A stretch of DNA of 64,000 nucleotides from a bacterium. Lineage in GTDB: Bacteria > JAJVIF01. The notes under the pieces are model-generated. The model saw only the letters and a program-made list of their open reading frames with translations. It was not told the DNA's origin and did no database searches. The position numbers were made by a program, and so were the translations under genes. Shown here in pieces: positions 1-8,349 of the stretch. The stretch covers positions 273,353 to 337,352 of the forward strand of contig JAJVIF010000001.1 of the NCBI GenBank assembly GCA_022072165.1. The letters are read 5' to 3'. The number at the start of each line of letters is the position of its first letter. Within the stretch, counting starts at the first letter, position 1.

Positions 1-329
1 TTGGCGAGCCGGTTGGAAATCTGGTTGTTCTTGTGCTCGAACGTTGTCCAGTAGTTCAGGTACCGGTTTTCGATCCCGAAGTTGCGGTAGAACGTCCGGA
101 CATACCCCACCCAGTCATCACCTTTACTGTCGGTCGGCTGCGCCATGTGCGCCCGGGCCGCCAGGAAGGCGTAATAGTTGACGCAAATCTGCCGGTTGGT
201 GGTGAGGATCACCTGAATGGAGGTCATCGTGAGGGCGAGCCACATGATGAAGAAGAACCAGAACTCCACCAGGACGCTGCCCCGTTGGCGACGCGCCAGC
301 CAGGCTCGGGATACGGGCACAGGAAGCAT
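1..329 (-). CDS. TadE-like pseudopilin / Tad pilus assembly protein (partial; extends beyond left window edge)
   Basis: Minus-strand ORF starts at ATG 327-329 with a GGAGGTGA RBS. The N-terminus 'RRQRGSVLVEFWFFFIMW' resembles the TadE-family leader followed by a hydrophobic segment. It lies immediately downstream of the four flp genes, co-directional. Not in the ORF track because it is truncated by the window. Confidence 0.5.
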   Translation of the reverse strand, partial: MLPVPVSRAWLARRQRGSVLVEFWFFFIMWLALTMTSIQVILTTNRQICVNYYAFLAARAHMAQPTDSKGDDWVGYVRTFYRNFGIENRYLNYWTTFEHKNNQISNRLA

Positions 330-350
330 GGTGGTCACCTCCGGACGATC

Positions 351-539
351 CTAGTTGGGGAACTGGGAAAAGATCTGATTAAACCGGGTCAGCGTGGCCC
401 GGATCAGGGGGGGCGTATAGGCCCGCAGTGACCACGCCAGTACTCCCGTAAGCAGGATGGTGAGCATGGCGTACTCGAGCATGGTCGCGCCGCGACGCTG
501 GCGTCGGGCCATCAACAGGTGATAACCAGGGCCAGTCAT
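351..539 (-). CDS. flp: Flp-family type IVb pilin (paralog 1)
   Basis: 62 aa with the Flp motif 'RRGATMLEYAMLTILL' (G/XXXXEY prepilin-peptidase site followed by a hydrophobic helix). AAGGAG RBS upstream of the ATG. Confidence 0.75.
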   Translation of the reverse strand: MTGPGYHLLMARRQRRGATMLEYAMLTILLTGVLAWSLRAYTPPLIRATLTRFNQIFSQFPN

Positions 540-683
540 GCGTCGCTCCTTTCCCGGATACGGTCGTGGTCACAGGATGTCACAGGCGCAGGGCTAAAAA
601 GATGTCCCGGCGTCCGGCGAGGATGCCGGGACATCGATGATGCTGTCAGGTCAGTGGCGAGGTGAGGTAAGCCGGTCCAACCC

Positions 684-908
684 TTACGGGTTGTTCCACG
701 GCTGGCCCTGGCTCGTCGCTTCCATCTGGGTCTTGATGGTGTTGGAGCTCTTCTTGGCGTTCGAGGAGACGCGGTCACCGAACTGCTTGAAGAAGAGGAC
801 CAGACCGACCACCAGGATCACCACGAGCAGCGCGTACTCCAGAGCGGAGGCACCACGCTTGGTGCGGGCCTGGCGAGCGTTCCAGACGAGTTGCATGAGG
901 TTGCTCAT
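684..908 (-). CDS. flp: Flp-family type IVb pilin (paralog 2)
   Basis: Internal start MSNLMQLVWNARQARTKRGASALEYALLVVILVVGL... with an AGGAGG RBS. The listed 154-aa ORF is an upstream in-frame extension that is not protein-like. Confidence 0.75.
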   Translation of the reverse strand: MSNLMQLVWNARQARTKRGASALEYALLVVILVVGLVLFFKQFGDRVSSNAKKSSNTIKTQMEATSQGQPWNNP

Positions 909-964
909 TCTTGTGTCCTCCTGAGCGATACGTACTGAGATGAAGGAAACCGGATGCCGGAGCC

Positions 965-1150
965 TTACGGCCGGGGCAGCAGAAAGTTCTGCAGCATGCG
1001 GCCCAGTCGTTCGATGGGCTGCATCAGTGGTCCTGCCAGCCGCGACAGGAAGACTGCTGTGATCAGAATGATCAGCAGCGCCTGTTCCAGTGCAGTGGCT
1101 CCACGCCGCAGTCGACTGCAGGCCAGGAACCAGGACTTGATGACCCACAT
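965..1150 (-). CDS. flp: Flp-family type IVb pilin (paralog 3, LEQA variant)
   Basis: MWVIKSWFLACSRLRRGATALEQALLIILITAVFL...; GGAGG RBS before the ATG at 1150. The motif Tyr is replaced by Gln. Confidence 0.7.
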   Translation of the reverse strand: MWVIKSWFLACSRLRRGATALEQALLIILITAVFLSRLAGPLMQPIERLGRMLQNFLLPRP

Positions 1151-1289
1151 GCTGGGGTTCCTCCGGGTGCCATCAGTGTACACCGTTCGCATGTCCTGCC
1201 TCCAGTCTGTCGTTTTGACCCGGCCTGGGGAACTGCCATCCTGCCAGTACACCCCCTGTGCCAAGAGGTCACGAAACCGTTGCCAAATC

Positions 1290-1330
1290 GCAAAATGAAA
1301 ACGCCATCCTGAAAATCCAGGATGGCGTCC
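1290..1330 (-). terminator. Rho-independent terminator downstream of flp paralog 4 (minus strand)
   Basis: Perfect 11-bp inverted repeat acgccatcctg / caggatggcgt (1301-1311 and 1318-1328) with a 6-nt loop. On the minus strand it is followed by TTTTCATTTT. Confidence 0.7.
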
Positions 1331-1356
1331 GCCAGATGCTTGGGGCCGCAGTCAGA

Positions 1357-1530
1357 TCAGACTGTGCCGCTAATCATGGTGCCGAGGAGCACGCGGTAAT
1401 AGCCAGGCAGCAGTCGCATCACCGTGTAGGTGATCACGATCATCATGACGCTGGTGAACATCAGGATGAGGGCGTACTCGAGCATCGCGATCCCCCGCGA
1501 TACCCGGCGCCGGTTCCACAGTCGGTGCAT
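1357..1530 (-). CDS. flp: Flp-family type IVb pilin (paralog 4; own terminator, candidate major pilin)
   Basis: MHRLWNRRRVSRGIAMLEYALILMFTSVMMIVITY...; GAGGAGG RBS. Followed by a strong terminator. Confidence 0.75.
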   Translation of the reverse strand: MHRLWNRRRVSRGIAMLEYALILMFTSVMMIVITYTVMRLLPGYYRVLLGTMISGTV

Positions 1531-1633
1531 CACCGCCTCCTCTGTCGCTACTACAGCCTCTGTGAGTCTACCACTGAGCAATAGACACATGACGCGCCAG
1601 AAGCCCGCAACCTGTTGGGGGGGGAACCGATGC

Positions 1634-3061
1634 CTAGAGCAAGTCCTTCAGGGGGAGTTCGACATTGAACTCCGGGACATCCACAGACCACCCGAGTTCC
1701 GTCCGGAGCAACTCCTGCAGGGATGACACCGCCTCAGGTTCGCCGTGGACCAGGAAGCAGCGACGGGGTGGGGTTCTGAAATGTCGAGCCCAGCGGAGCA
1801 GTTCGGCACGGTCCGCATGGGCTGAAAAGCCCTTAATGGAGCGAACTTCTGCCCGGACCGGCACCTCACTCCCCAGCAGTTTGACTTCTGCGGCACCATC
1901 CAGCACCCGGCGGCCTAGAGTCCCGGGGGCCTGGAAGCCCGTAAAGAGGATGGTGTTCTCCCGCACCGGCGCTCGCATCCGGAAGTGATGCAGAATGCGC
2001 CCCCCGGCCATCATGCCGCTGGCAGCGATGATGATGCAGGGACGGAACCGGTCGTTAAGTTGCTGCGAATGCTTGCGGGTCACGACCTCCGAGAACTGGG
2101 CCGGGAGTTCCATCACTCCGCGTCCTGGATGGGCGGCAGGGTCCAGGACATCCGGATACTTCTTGTAAAGCGCGGTGGTCTGCCGGGCCATTGGTGAATC
2201 CAGAAACACGGGCTGGATGGGAATGCGGCCCTGCCGCTCCAGTTCAGCCAGATGCCAAAGGATGGCCTGTGTCCGGCTGATGGCGAAGGCCGGAATCACC
2301 AGGATTCCGCTTCGCTCATAAGTGTCATTCACCACTGCCGCCAGTTCCTCCGGCACATTGCCCGAAGGGTGATACCGGTCGCCGTACGTCGACTCCATCA
2401 CCACGATGTCCGCTTCCGGGGGCGGGGCGGGATCCCGCATGAGTGCGACGTTGTAGCGCCCGATGTCGCCGGAGTAGAGGATGGATGCCGGACGGTTGCC
2501 CAGTTGCAGCCGGAGTTCGACGTGTGCCGAGCCAAGGATATGACCAGCGTCGTGCAGCCGGACGTCAATGCCCTGAGCGACCGGGGCCCAGCGCCCTCCC
2601 AGACGGTGGGTATGAAAGCGCTTCAGGGTCTGATTGACATCAGCCGTGTCATAGAGGGGAGCGGTGAAGGGGTCGAGGAGGGGATCCTGCCCCTTGCGCA
2701 GGGCCATCTTCAGACGGTATTTCGCTTCTTCGAAACTGAGCTTTGCCGCATCGCGCATGACGATCGCGGCGAGTTCCCGGGTCTGCACGGAGGTGTGGAT
2801 CGGTCCGGTAAAGCCATCACGTACCAGTCGGGGTAGACGGCCGCAGTGGTCCAGATGCGCATGGGTCAGGATCGCCGTCGTTATCTGTTCTGGTGCCAGG
2901 GGCCAGGCACCATAGTTTTGCTCCTCCGCTTCCCGGGAGCCCTGGATCATGCCGCAGTCGATCGTCCAGGTAGTCCCCTGATGCTGTCCAAGGTGCATGC
3001 TGCCGGTGACATGGTGAAGGGCACCGAAGAACGTCAGGCTGGAAGGGTGAGTGACAGGCAT
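1634..3061 (-). CDS. MBL-fold metallo-hydrolase with beta-CASP / RNA-specificity domain (RNase J-like family ribonuclease)
   Basis: HAHLDHCG metal-binding motif, TYGDR motif, and a beta-CASP-like C-terminal half. Start chosen at MPVTHPSSLTFFGALHHVTG; the longer listed ORF has an Arg-rich non-protein-like N-terminus. Confidence 0.8.
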   Translation of the reverse strand: MPVTHPSSLTFFGALHHVTGSMHLGQHQGTTWTIDCGMIQGSREAEEQNYGAWPLAPEQITTAILTHAHLDHCGRLPRLVRDGFTGPIHTSVQTRELAAIVMRDAAKLSFEEAKYRLKMALRKGQDPLLDPFTAPLYDTADVNQTLKRFHTHRLGGRWAPVAQGIDVRLHDAGHILGSAHVELRLQLGNRPASILYSGDIGRYNVALMRDPAPPPEADIVVMESTYGDRYHPSGNVPEELAAVVNDTYERSGILVIPAFAISRTQAILWHLAELERQGRIPIQPVFLDSPMARQTTALYKKYPDVLDPAAHPGRGVMELPAQFSEVVTRKHSQQLNDRFRPCIIIAASGMMAGGRILHHFRMRAPVRENTILFTGFQAPGTLGRRVLDGAAEVKLLGSEVPVRAEVRSIKGFSAHADRAELLRWARHFRTPPRRCFLVHGEPEAVSSLQELLRTELGWSVDVPEFNVELPLKDLL

Positions 3062-3063
3062 GT

Positions 3064-3936
3064 TCAGGCGTGACCCCCGGTGGGTGGCGGAATAAGAGGT
3101 GGGATATCGCTGCCGATGCGCCTGGCTGCGGGAAACTCGGGCAAGCCCTCGCCCCATTCCGGGACACAGAGCACCGGGCAGGGGGCTTGACGAATCAGCG
3201 CCTGCAACGTGGCATCGAGCGGCTGCCCGCCGAAGGGTGTATCGATGCCGATGCCCGCCCCCGCTACGCCCAGGACCAGCAGCCCCGGCCGCAGTTGCGC
3301 GGCATAGTGCAGGAGATCATCAGTGTCGGCATCGGGCAGCAGGGAGAGCTGATAGTCGGTGGCAAAGGGGGCCAGGATGGTTTCCAGGAGCGCGACCACC
3401 TGATCCACCTGGGGCTCGGCGACGCAGGCGAGGACCTGCAAGGGGACCTGGAGCGTGGTCGTGAGTTCGGCGGCTTGTGTCAGCCCCCGTTCGCCTGCCG
3501 CAGTGAGGTCGTAGAGCCCAACAATCGCCCCGGCCTCCTGCGGAGGGGCATCGGGCATCAGCAGGAGCGGGACCGGGCACCAATGGAGGAGTTCCGCCAG
3601 CTCTTCTTCCCAGGCCGCCGCTTCCAGCAAGGGATAGGTCACGACCAGCCAGTCGCCCGACTGCAACTGACTCGCGACCTCGCCCCAGGAGTCGCCATCC
3701 CCCAGAGACCAGGAGATGGGAAGTCGGGTTTCCTGCAGCACCTGCAGGAAGACCGGGTCCAGGGCCCGACGCATGGCAGTTTCATCCACCATCTCCCCTT
3801 CGCGTCCGGACCAGGGCTGCAAGGCGACAGGAATCTTGCGGGAGGCATCCAGAGTTGCGATGAAACGCAAGGTCGGCCCGAGAGCGACCGGGTCCTGAAT
3901 CAGGCAGAAAAAGCGCGAGGGCAACACAAACGGCAT
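3064..3936 (-). CDS. Universal stress protein family (tandem Usp domains)
   Basis: Two Usp-like halves ending in PVLCVP / LLVLGVAGAG-type motifs. 290 aa. Confidence 0.65.
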   Translation of the reverse strand: MPFVLPSRFFCLIQDPVALGPTLRFIATLDASRKIPVALQPWSGREGEMVDETAMRRALDPVFLQVLQETRLPISWSLGDGDSWGEVASQLQSGDWLVVTYPLLEAAAWEEELAELLHWCPVPLLLMPDAPPQEAGAIVGLYDLTAAGERGLTQAAELTTTLQVPLQVLACVAEPQVDQVVALLETILAPFATDYQLSLLPDADTDDLLHYAAQLRPGLLVLGVAGAGIGIDTPFGGQPLDATLQALIRQAPCPVLCVPEWGEGLPEFPAARRIGSDIPPLIPPPTGGHA

Positions 3937-3960
3937 CGTAGCACCCTGTCCAGGAGGGCC

Positions 3961-5511
3961 TTACCAGCAGGCGTGGTAAGTCGCGGTGCCATGATCATGC
4001 TGATGCAGATCGGCCAGCGCTGCGAGTTGGGCGGCTTGCGGCACCCGGTCAGTCAGGCGGGAAGTGTTGGCCAGCTCCCAGATCGTCAGCGCCATCGTTT
4101 CCGTCACCTGCTCCCAGAGGAGCCAGTTGCAGCCATCTTCCTGGAACGTCCCCAGCTGATGCACCGGGTGTTTGCGGTCCCCGCCATTCAGCACCATGAC
4201 CGCCGGGATCCCGGCACCCCAAAAGGGGACATGGTCGGAGGCGGCAGCGACATCATTCGTCTGAAATGGCAGCTGGTGCAGTCGACGATTCATCTGCTCG
4301 GAGACACTCCGCAACTGTGGAGTCCGATCGCTGTTGTGGACCATGAAGGTGTCGCCCTGACCGGTCATGTCGAAATTGAACATCGCCCGGACCCGTGTCA
4401 GCGGTAGCGTGGGGTGCTCCACCCAATAGCGGGCTCCCAGGAGCCCCATTTCTTCGCCAGTAAAGAGGATGAAGAGGAGCGAGCGTTTGGGACGTTGCGG
4501 GGCGGTGGCAAAGGCCTGGGCCAGCTCCAGCACCGACGCCGTGCCGGAGGCGTTGTCCTCCTGGCCACAAAAGATGAACTCGTCTCCCATCAGTCCGACA
4601 TGGTCCATATGTCCGCCGATGACTATGACTTCGTTGCGGAGTTTGGGATCGGAGCCTTCCAGGAGCCCGACCACATTACAAGTGGGAGCGGAGAGCTCCA
4701 TGGTGCCCCGGACCCGCAAATCGACGTCGCTGCCCAGGGGTGCTGAGATGGTCGTTCGTTCCTCGTTCGAGAGCCTGATCAGCGCTGGCAGTTGTAGCCC
4801 CGAGAGAGCAAACAGCGCGTGAGCGACCCGGTGATTTCCCTGGATGGCGGGAAAGCCCGGATCCCAGGGGATGTCTCCATTGGAGAAGTACACCGAGCCG
4901 ATCAGCCCACCAAAAGCCCCATCTGCGGAGACATCGAGCAGGATGAGCCCCGCCGCGCCATGATCACGGGCCGCCCGGACCGTCCAGCCGGTCAAACCCC
5001 AGTCCCCATCGACTTTGGGATGTCCACCCCGCAGGGCGACCACGACTTTGTTATGGACATCAACCCCCGCGTATTCATCAAAGCCCTGCTCCGGGGCGGA
5101 GATACCCCGTCCGACAAACACCGCTTCTCCCCGGACCTTGCCTGAGCCACCATCGAGACGACTGATGAAATCCGTGCCGAAAGCGAACGACTCCTCATTC
5201 ACGGTGAGTGACGCTTCGTGAATGACATTGGTCGCCAGATTAAAGTGCTGCAGGTAGGTCCCATCATCGCCCAAAGGTTGCAGGCCAATGGCCGCAAACC
5301 GCTCGGCCGCCAGCTGGGCGGTGAGCCACTGTCCTGGCTGACCGGTCATACGACCGGCGAACTCCGGCGAGGATAGTTGGCGGATCAGTGCATAGCCATC
5401 GTCGTAGTCGATGGTCGCCAGTGCGTGTTGTCGGAAGCTGGAGGCAGGTGAAGCTGTCGCCGCCGACGTCAGCAGCGTCAGACACAACAGAGAGGGGATG
5501 AGCGGGCGCAT
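3961..5511 (-). CDS. M28 family zinc aminopeptidase with PA domain (secreted)
   Basis: Signal peptide MRPLIPSLLCLTLLTSAATA. M28 metal ligand motifs HMDHVG and FTGEEMGLLGA, followed by NFDM. Confidence 0.8.
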   Translation of the reverse strand: MRPLIPSLLCLTLLTSAATASPASSFRQHALATIDYDDGYALIRQLSSPEFAGRMTGQPGQWLTAQLAAERFAAIGLQPLGDDGTYLQHFNLATNVIHEASLTVNEESFAFGTDFISRLDGGSGKVRGEAVFVGRGISAPEQGFDEYAGVDVHNKVVVALRGGHPKVDGDWGLTGWTVRAARDHGAAGLILLDVSADGAFGGLIGSVYFSNGDIPWDPGFPAIQGNHRVAHALFALSGLQLPALIRLSNEERTTISAPLGSDVDLRVRGTMELSAPTCNVVGLLEGSDPKLRNEVIVIGGHMDHVGLMGDEFIFCGQEDNASGTASVLELAQAFATAPQRPKRSLLFILFTGEEMGLLGARYWVEHPTLPLTRVRAMFNFDMTGQGDTFMVHNSDRTPQLRSVSEQMNRRLHQLPFQTNDVAAASDHVPFWGAGIPAVMVLNGGDRKHPVHQLGTFQEDGCNWLLWEQVTETMALTIWELANTSRLTDRVPQAAQLAALADLHQHDHGTATYHACW

Positions 5512-5606
5512 GGGGTCTCCAGGAGGGGGAGTCGTCGTGTGCAACAGGAGGATAGCAGCAGGAGTTGATCAGCCAGGTATACGAGTATCTCCACGCGCTG
5601 TCGCTG

Positions 5607-6023
5607 TCAGTAGGAACTGAAAACGGTGACAAGCAGACCGATAACCGTCATTGCTCCAAAGTAGATCAGCCCAGCCCACATCAACAATCGGACGAAGAAG
5701 AGGAGCCATCGACTCGGGGGAGCTGACTGACGGCCGAGGTAACGCTCCAGGGTTTTCGAAGCGTCGTTAGCAGCAGCTGTGGCGACCAGCAACTCCTCGC
5801 CCGCTGACCGGATCAGCGTGACATCTCTGCTGGCAACGGCCGCTTCATACGCGCTCTGGGCCGCCGCTTCCTGCTGGCGTGCCGCTTCAAAAGCGCCGTA
5901 AGCTTTCAGGCGAAGCCGCTGAGTCGTCTGGCTGGCGGGGGACCAGGCGTGGGGTGGGGGAGTGCGCTCTGCATAGAAATTCCCTGCCTGATAGCTCGGA
6001 GGTCGCTGGAATTCTGCTGACAT
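5607..6023 (-). CDS. Hypothetical protein with C-terminal transmembrane helix
   Basis: Start chosen at MSAEFQ with an AGGAG RBS. C-terminal 'WLLFFVRLLMWAGLIYFGAMTVIGLLVTVF' transmembrane segment. The longer listed ORF would overlap the upstream gene by 58 bp. Confidence 0.45.
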   Translation of the reverse strand: MSAEFQRPPSYQAGNFYAERTPPPHAWSPASQTTQRLRLKAYGAFEAARQQEAAAQSAYEAAVASRDVTLIRSAGEELLVATAAANDASKTLERYLGRQSAPPSRWLLFFVRLLMWAGLIYFGAMTVIGLLVTVFSSY

Positions 6024-6091
6024 CAGCCGCTCCTCGTTAACAGGTGCTCGGTACTCCATCTGACACCTGATCACGCCTGACGGTTGCGGGT

Positions 6092-6625
6092 TTAATCCTC
6101 GAACGTCACCAGGACCTGATCGAGATCCACGTTCGCGCCTTCTTCGCACAGGACCTTCTTCACCTTACAGGCCCGGGGGGCGGCTAGCTCGTTTTCCATC
6201 TTCATCGCTTCCAGCACGATGCAGAGCTGACCGGGCTCCAGGGATTGCCCCTCTTTCACCTTGATCGCCACGATCTTCCCGGGCATCGGCGCGGCAACCG
6301 CATTCCCGGCGGCCTCCTGCGAGAGCCCAACGCCCTTCTTTTTGGTGAGATTTCCCTTGCCGGCGAAGTCGATGTGGACCGGCTGGGGGCGTCCGTTGAT
6401 CCAGGCCTGGGCAGGGAACCCATCATCACCAGCGTCGAACTGCGCTTCATACGGCACCCCATCCACCAGCAGAGACCGGGGAAAGGAACTCAGCCATTGG
6501 TCGCCCTGGACATCGATGCTGACTGTCCGTCCGTTGACCGTGATCTGGCCCGGCACGACTTCATGGGGTTGCGGGGTGATGTCCACCACATAGTCGCTGC
6601 CTTCGATGGTGACCGTGATTTTCAC
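6092..6625 (-). CDS. Biotin/lipoyl-attachment domain protein (BCCP-like, atypical N-terminal domain)
   Basis: C-terminal biotinyl domain with the 'EAMKMENEL' motif. GTG start with an AAGGAG RBS. The roughly 90-aa N-terminal region is unlike canonical AccB. Confidence 0.75.
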   Translation of the reverse strand: MKITVTIEGSDYVVDITPQPHEVVPGQITVNGRTVSIDVQGDQWLSSFPRSLLVDGVPYEAQFDAGDDGFPAQAWINGRPQPVHIDFAGKGNLTKKKGVGLSQEAAGNAVAAPMPGKIVAIKVKEGQSLEPGQLCIVLEAMKMENELAAPRACKVKKVLCEEGANVDLDQVLVTFED

Positions 6626-6665
6626 GTGCGGACTCCTTCTTGACTCACCGAAGTGGCGCGATTGA

Positions 6666-8201
6666 CTAGCCGAAGTGACGCGCAGCGTCGTGACGGGCCG
6701 TCAGACGCCAGTTGCTGGGCTTGCTGCCGGTGGAGTGACGCTGTGTGACCTTGTCCGGGGCGGGCTTCGCCCGGGTGTACAGGAAGACTTCCAGCGCTGC
6801 GGCGATGGCGGCCACTTCTTCCTGGGCGCGATAGTCCTTCAGCAGATTGTCGAGGTGCTTGCCGATGTAGTTCGTGTCGTACCGGGCGTAGCGGAAGTCA
6901 TCGGTGGCGAGGATGGCTTCATGGAAGGCCTCCGTGGTCCGGATGCCCTTGATTTCGAGCTCGCGTAAGGCCTGCAGCATCTTGCGAATCGCGGCATCAC
7001 GGTCCGGACCATGCACGATGATCTTGGCGATCATGGAGTCGTACTGACGCGGGATCGTGTAGCCAGCGAACGCAGCGGAATCGACCCGTACGCCACCGCC
7101 CGCCGGGAAGCGGAGATCTGTGATCAGCCCCGGATTCGGGGTGAAGTTGCGGAAGGGGTCTTCGGCATTGATGCGCACCTCGATGGACCAGCCCTGGATC
7201 TGTACCTGCTCCTGGGTGACGGAGAGCGGCGCACCCCCTGCTACCAGGATCATCTCCCGGATGAGGTCCAGGCCGGTGATCATCTCGGTTACGGGATGCT
7301 CCACCTGGATCCGGGTGTTCATCTCCATGAAGTAGAAGTTGCGGTGGGTATCGACCAGGAACTCCACGGTCCCTGCGCCGACATAGTTCACCGCTTTGGC
7401 GATCTTCACCGCCTCGGCCCCCATCCGTTCCCGCAGGTCAGCATCGAGGAACGGCGATGGCGCTTCTTCAAGGAGCTTCTGATGCCGCCTTTGCAGTGTG
7501 CAGTCGCGTTCCCCCAGGTGAATGACATTGCCGTGGGTGTCGCCGAAAATCTGGAACTCGATGTGTCGAGGCTCCTCGATGTACTTCTCCAGATAGACCG
7601 ACTCATCGCCGAAGGCCGCTTTGGCTTCCGACCGGGCTGCCCGGAAAGCCGCTTCGATCCCCGCGGCATTCTGGATCAGCCGCATGCCGCGTCCGCCGCC
7701 GCCCATCGCCGCCTTCAGCATGACCGGGTACCCGAGTCGCTCCGCGACTCGCCCGGCCTGTTCTACCGACTCGATGAAGCCATCTTCGCCTGGCACACAG
7801 GGGAGTCCGGCCTTGAGGGCGGTCCGCTTGGCGATGGTCTTGTTCCCCATGTCGCGGATGGCATCGGGCGAGGGGCCAATGTAGGTCAGTCCCGCGGCGA
7901 TCGCCTTACGGGCGAAGTCAGGGGACTCCGCGAGGAACCCATACCCCGGGTGGACCGAGTCGGCCTGGCTCTTCCGGGCGACCTGGAGGATTTTGTCGAT
8001 CACCAGGTAGCTCTCGTTTGCCGGGGCCGGGCCGATGCAGTACGCCTGGTCAGCCAGGCGGACATGCAGGGCATCCCGGTCGGCCTCGGAGAAGACCGCG
8101 ACCGCTTCGATACCGAGTTCGTGACAGGCCCGGATGATGCGAACCGCGATTTCTCCGCGATTCGCCACCAGGACCCGCTTCAGGGGCTTGATGGCAGGCA
8201 T
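6666..8201 (-). CDS. accC: Biotin carboxylase (acetyl-CoA carboxylase subunit C-type; ATP-grasp)
   Basis: Full-length collinear match to the biotin carboxylase family: RVLVANRGEIAVR..., GYGFLAE, ATP-grasp Gly-rich loop, EMNTRIQVEHPVTE. Includes a roughly 60-aa C-terminal extension. Confidence 0.9.
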   Translation of the reverse strand: MPAIKPLKRVLVANRGEIAVRIIRACHELGIEAVAVFSEADRDALHVRLADQAYCIGPAPANESYLVIDKILQVARKSQADSVHPGYGFLAESPDFARKAIAAGLTYIGPSPDAIRDMGNKTIAKRTALKAGLPCVPGEDGFIESVEQAGRVAERLGYPVMLKAAMGGGGRGMRLIQNAAGIEAAFRAARSEAKAAFGDESVYLEKYIEEPRHIEFQIFGDTHGNVIHLGERDCTLQRRHQKLLEEAPSPFLDADLRERMGAEAVKIAKAVNYVGAGTVEFLVDTHRNFYFMEMNTRIQVEHPVTEMITGLDLIREMILVAGGAPLSVTQEQVQIQGWSIEVRINAEDPFRNFTPNPGLITDLRFPAGGGVRVDSAAFAGYTIPRQYDSMIAKIIVHGPDRDAAIRKMLQALRELEIKGIRTTEAFHEAILATDDFRYARYDTNYIGKHLDNLLKDYRAQEEVAAIAAALEVFLYTRAKPAPDKVTQRHSTGSKPSNWRLTARHDAARHFG

Positions 8202-8349
8202 AAGGTCAGGATTATAGGGAACAGGCGACAGACCGGGCGTCGGGGGAGTTTTCGTGAGTCAACGGAGCTTCTCCAGCCCCTTCCGCCGAGGGGACCCCCC
8301 ATGGCGTACATTCCTCCCCATGGCGACCGCTCTCCTTCAACAACGCGTC

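Noticed and set aside
3070-4407. 445-aa plus-strand ORF
   Set aside because: Antisense to the Usp and M28 peptidase genes, which have clear family motifs. The translation is Arg/Gly/Pro-rich and low complexity, typical of high-GC antisense frames.
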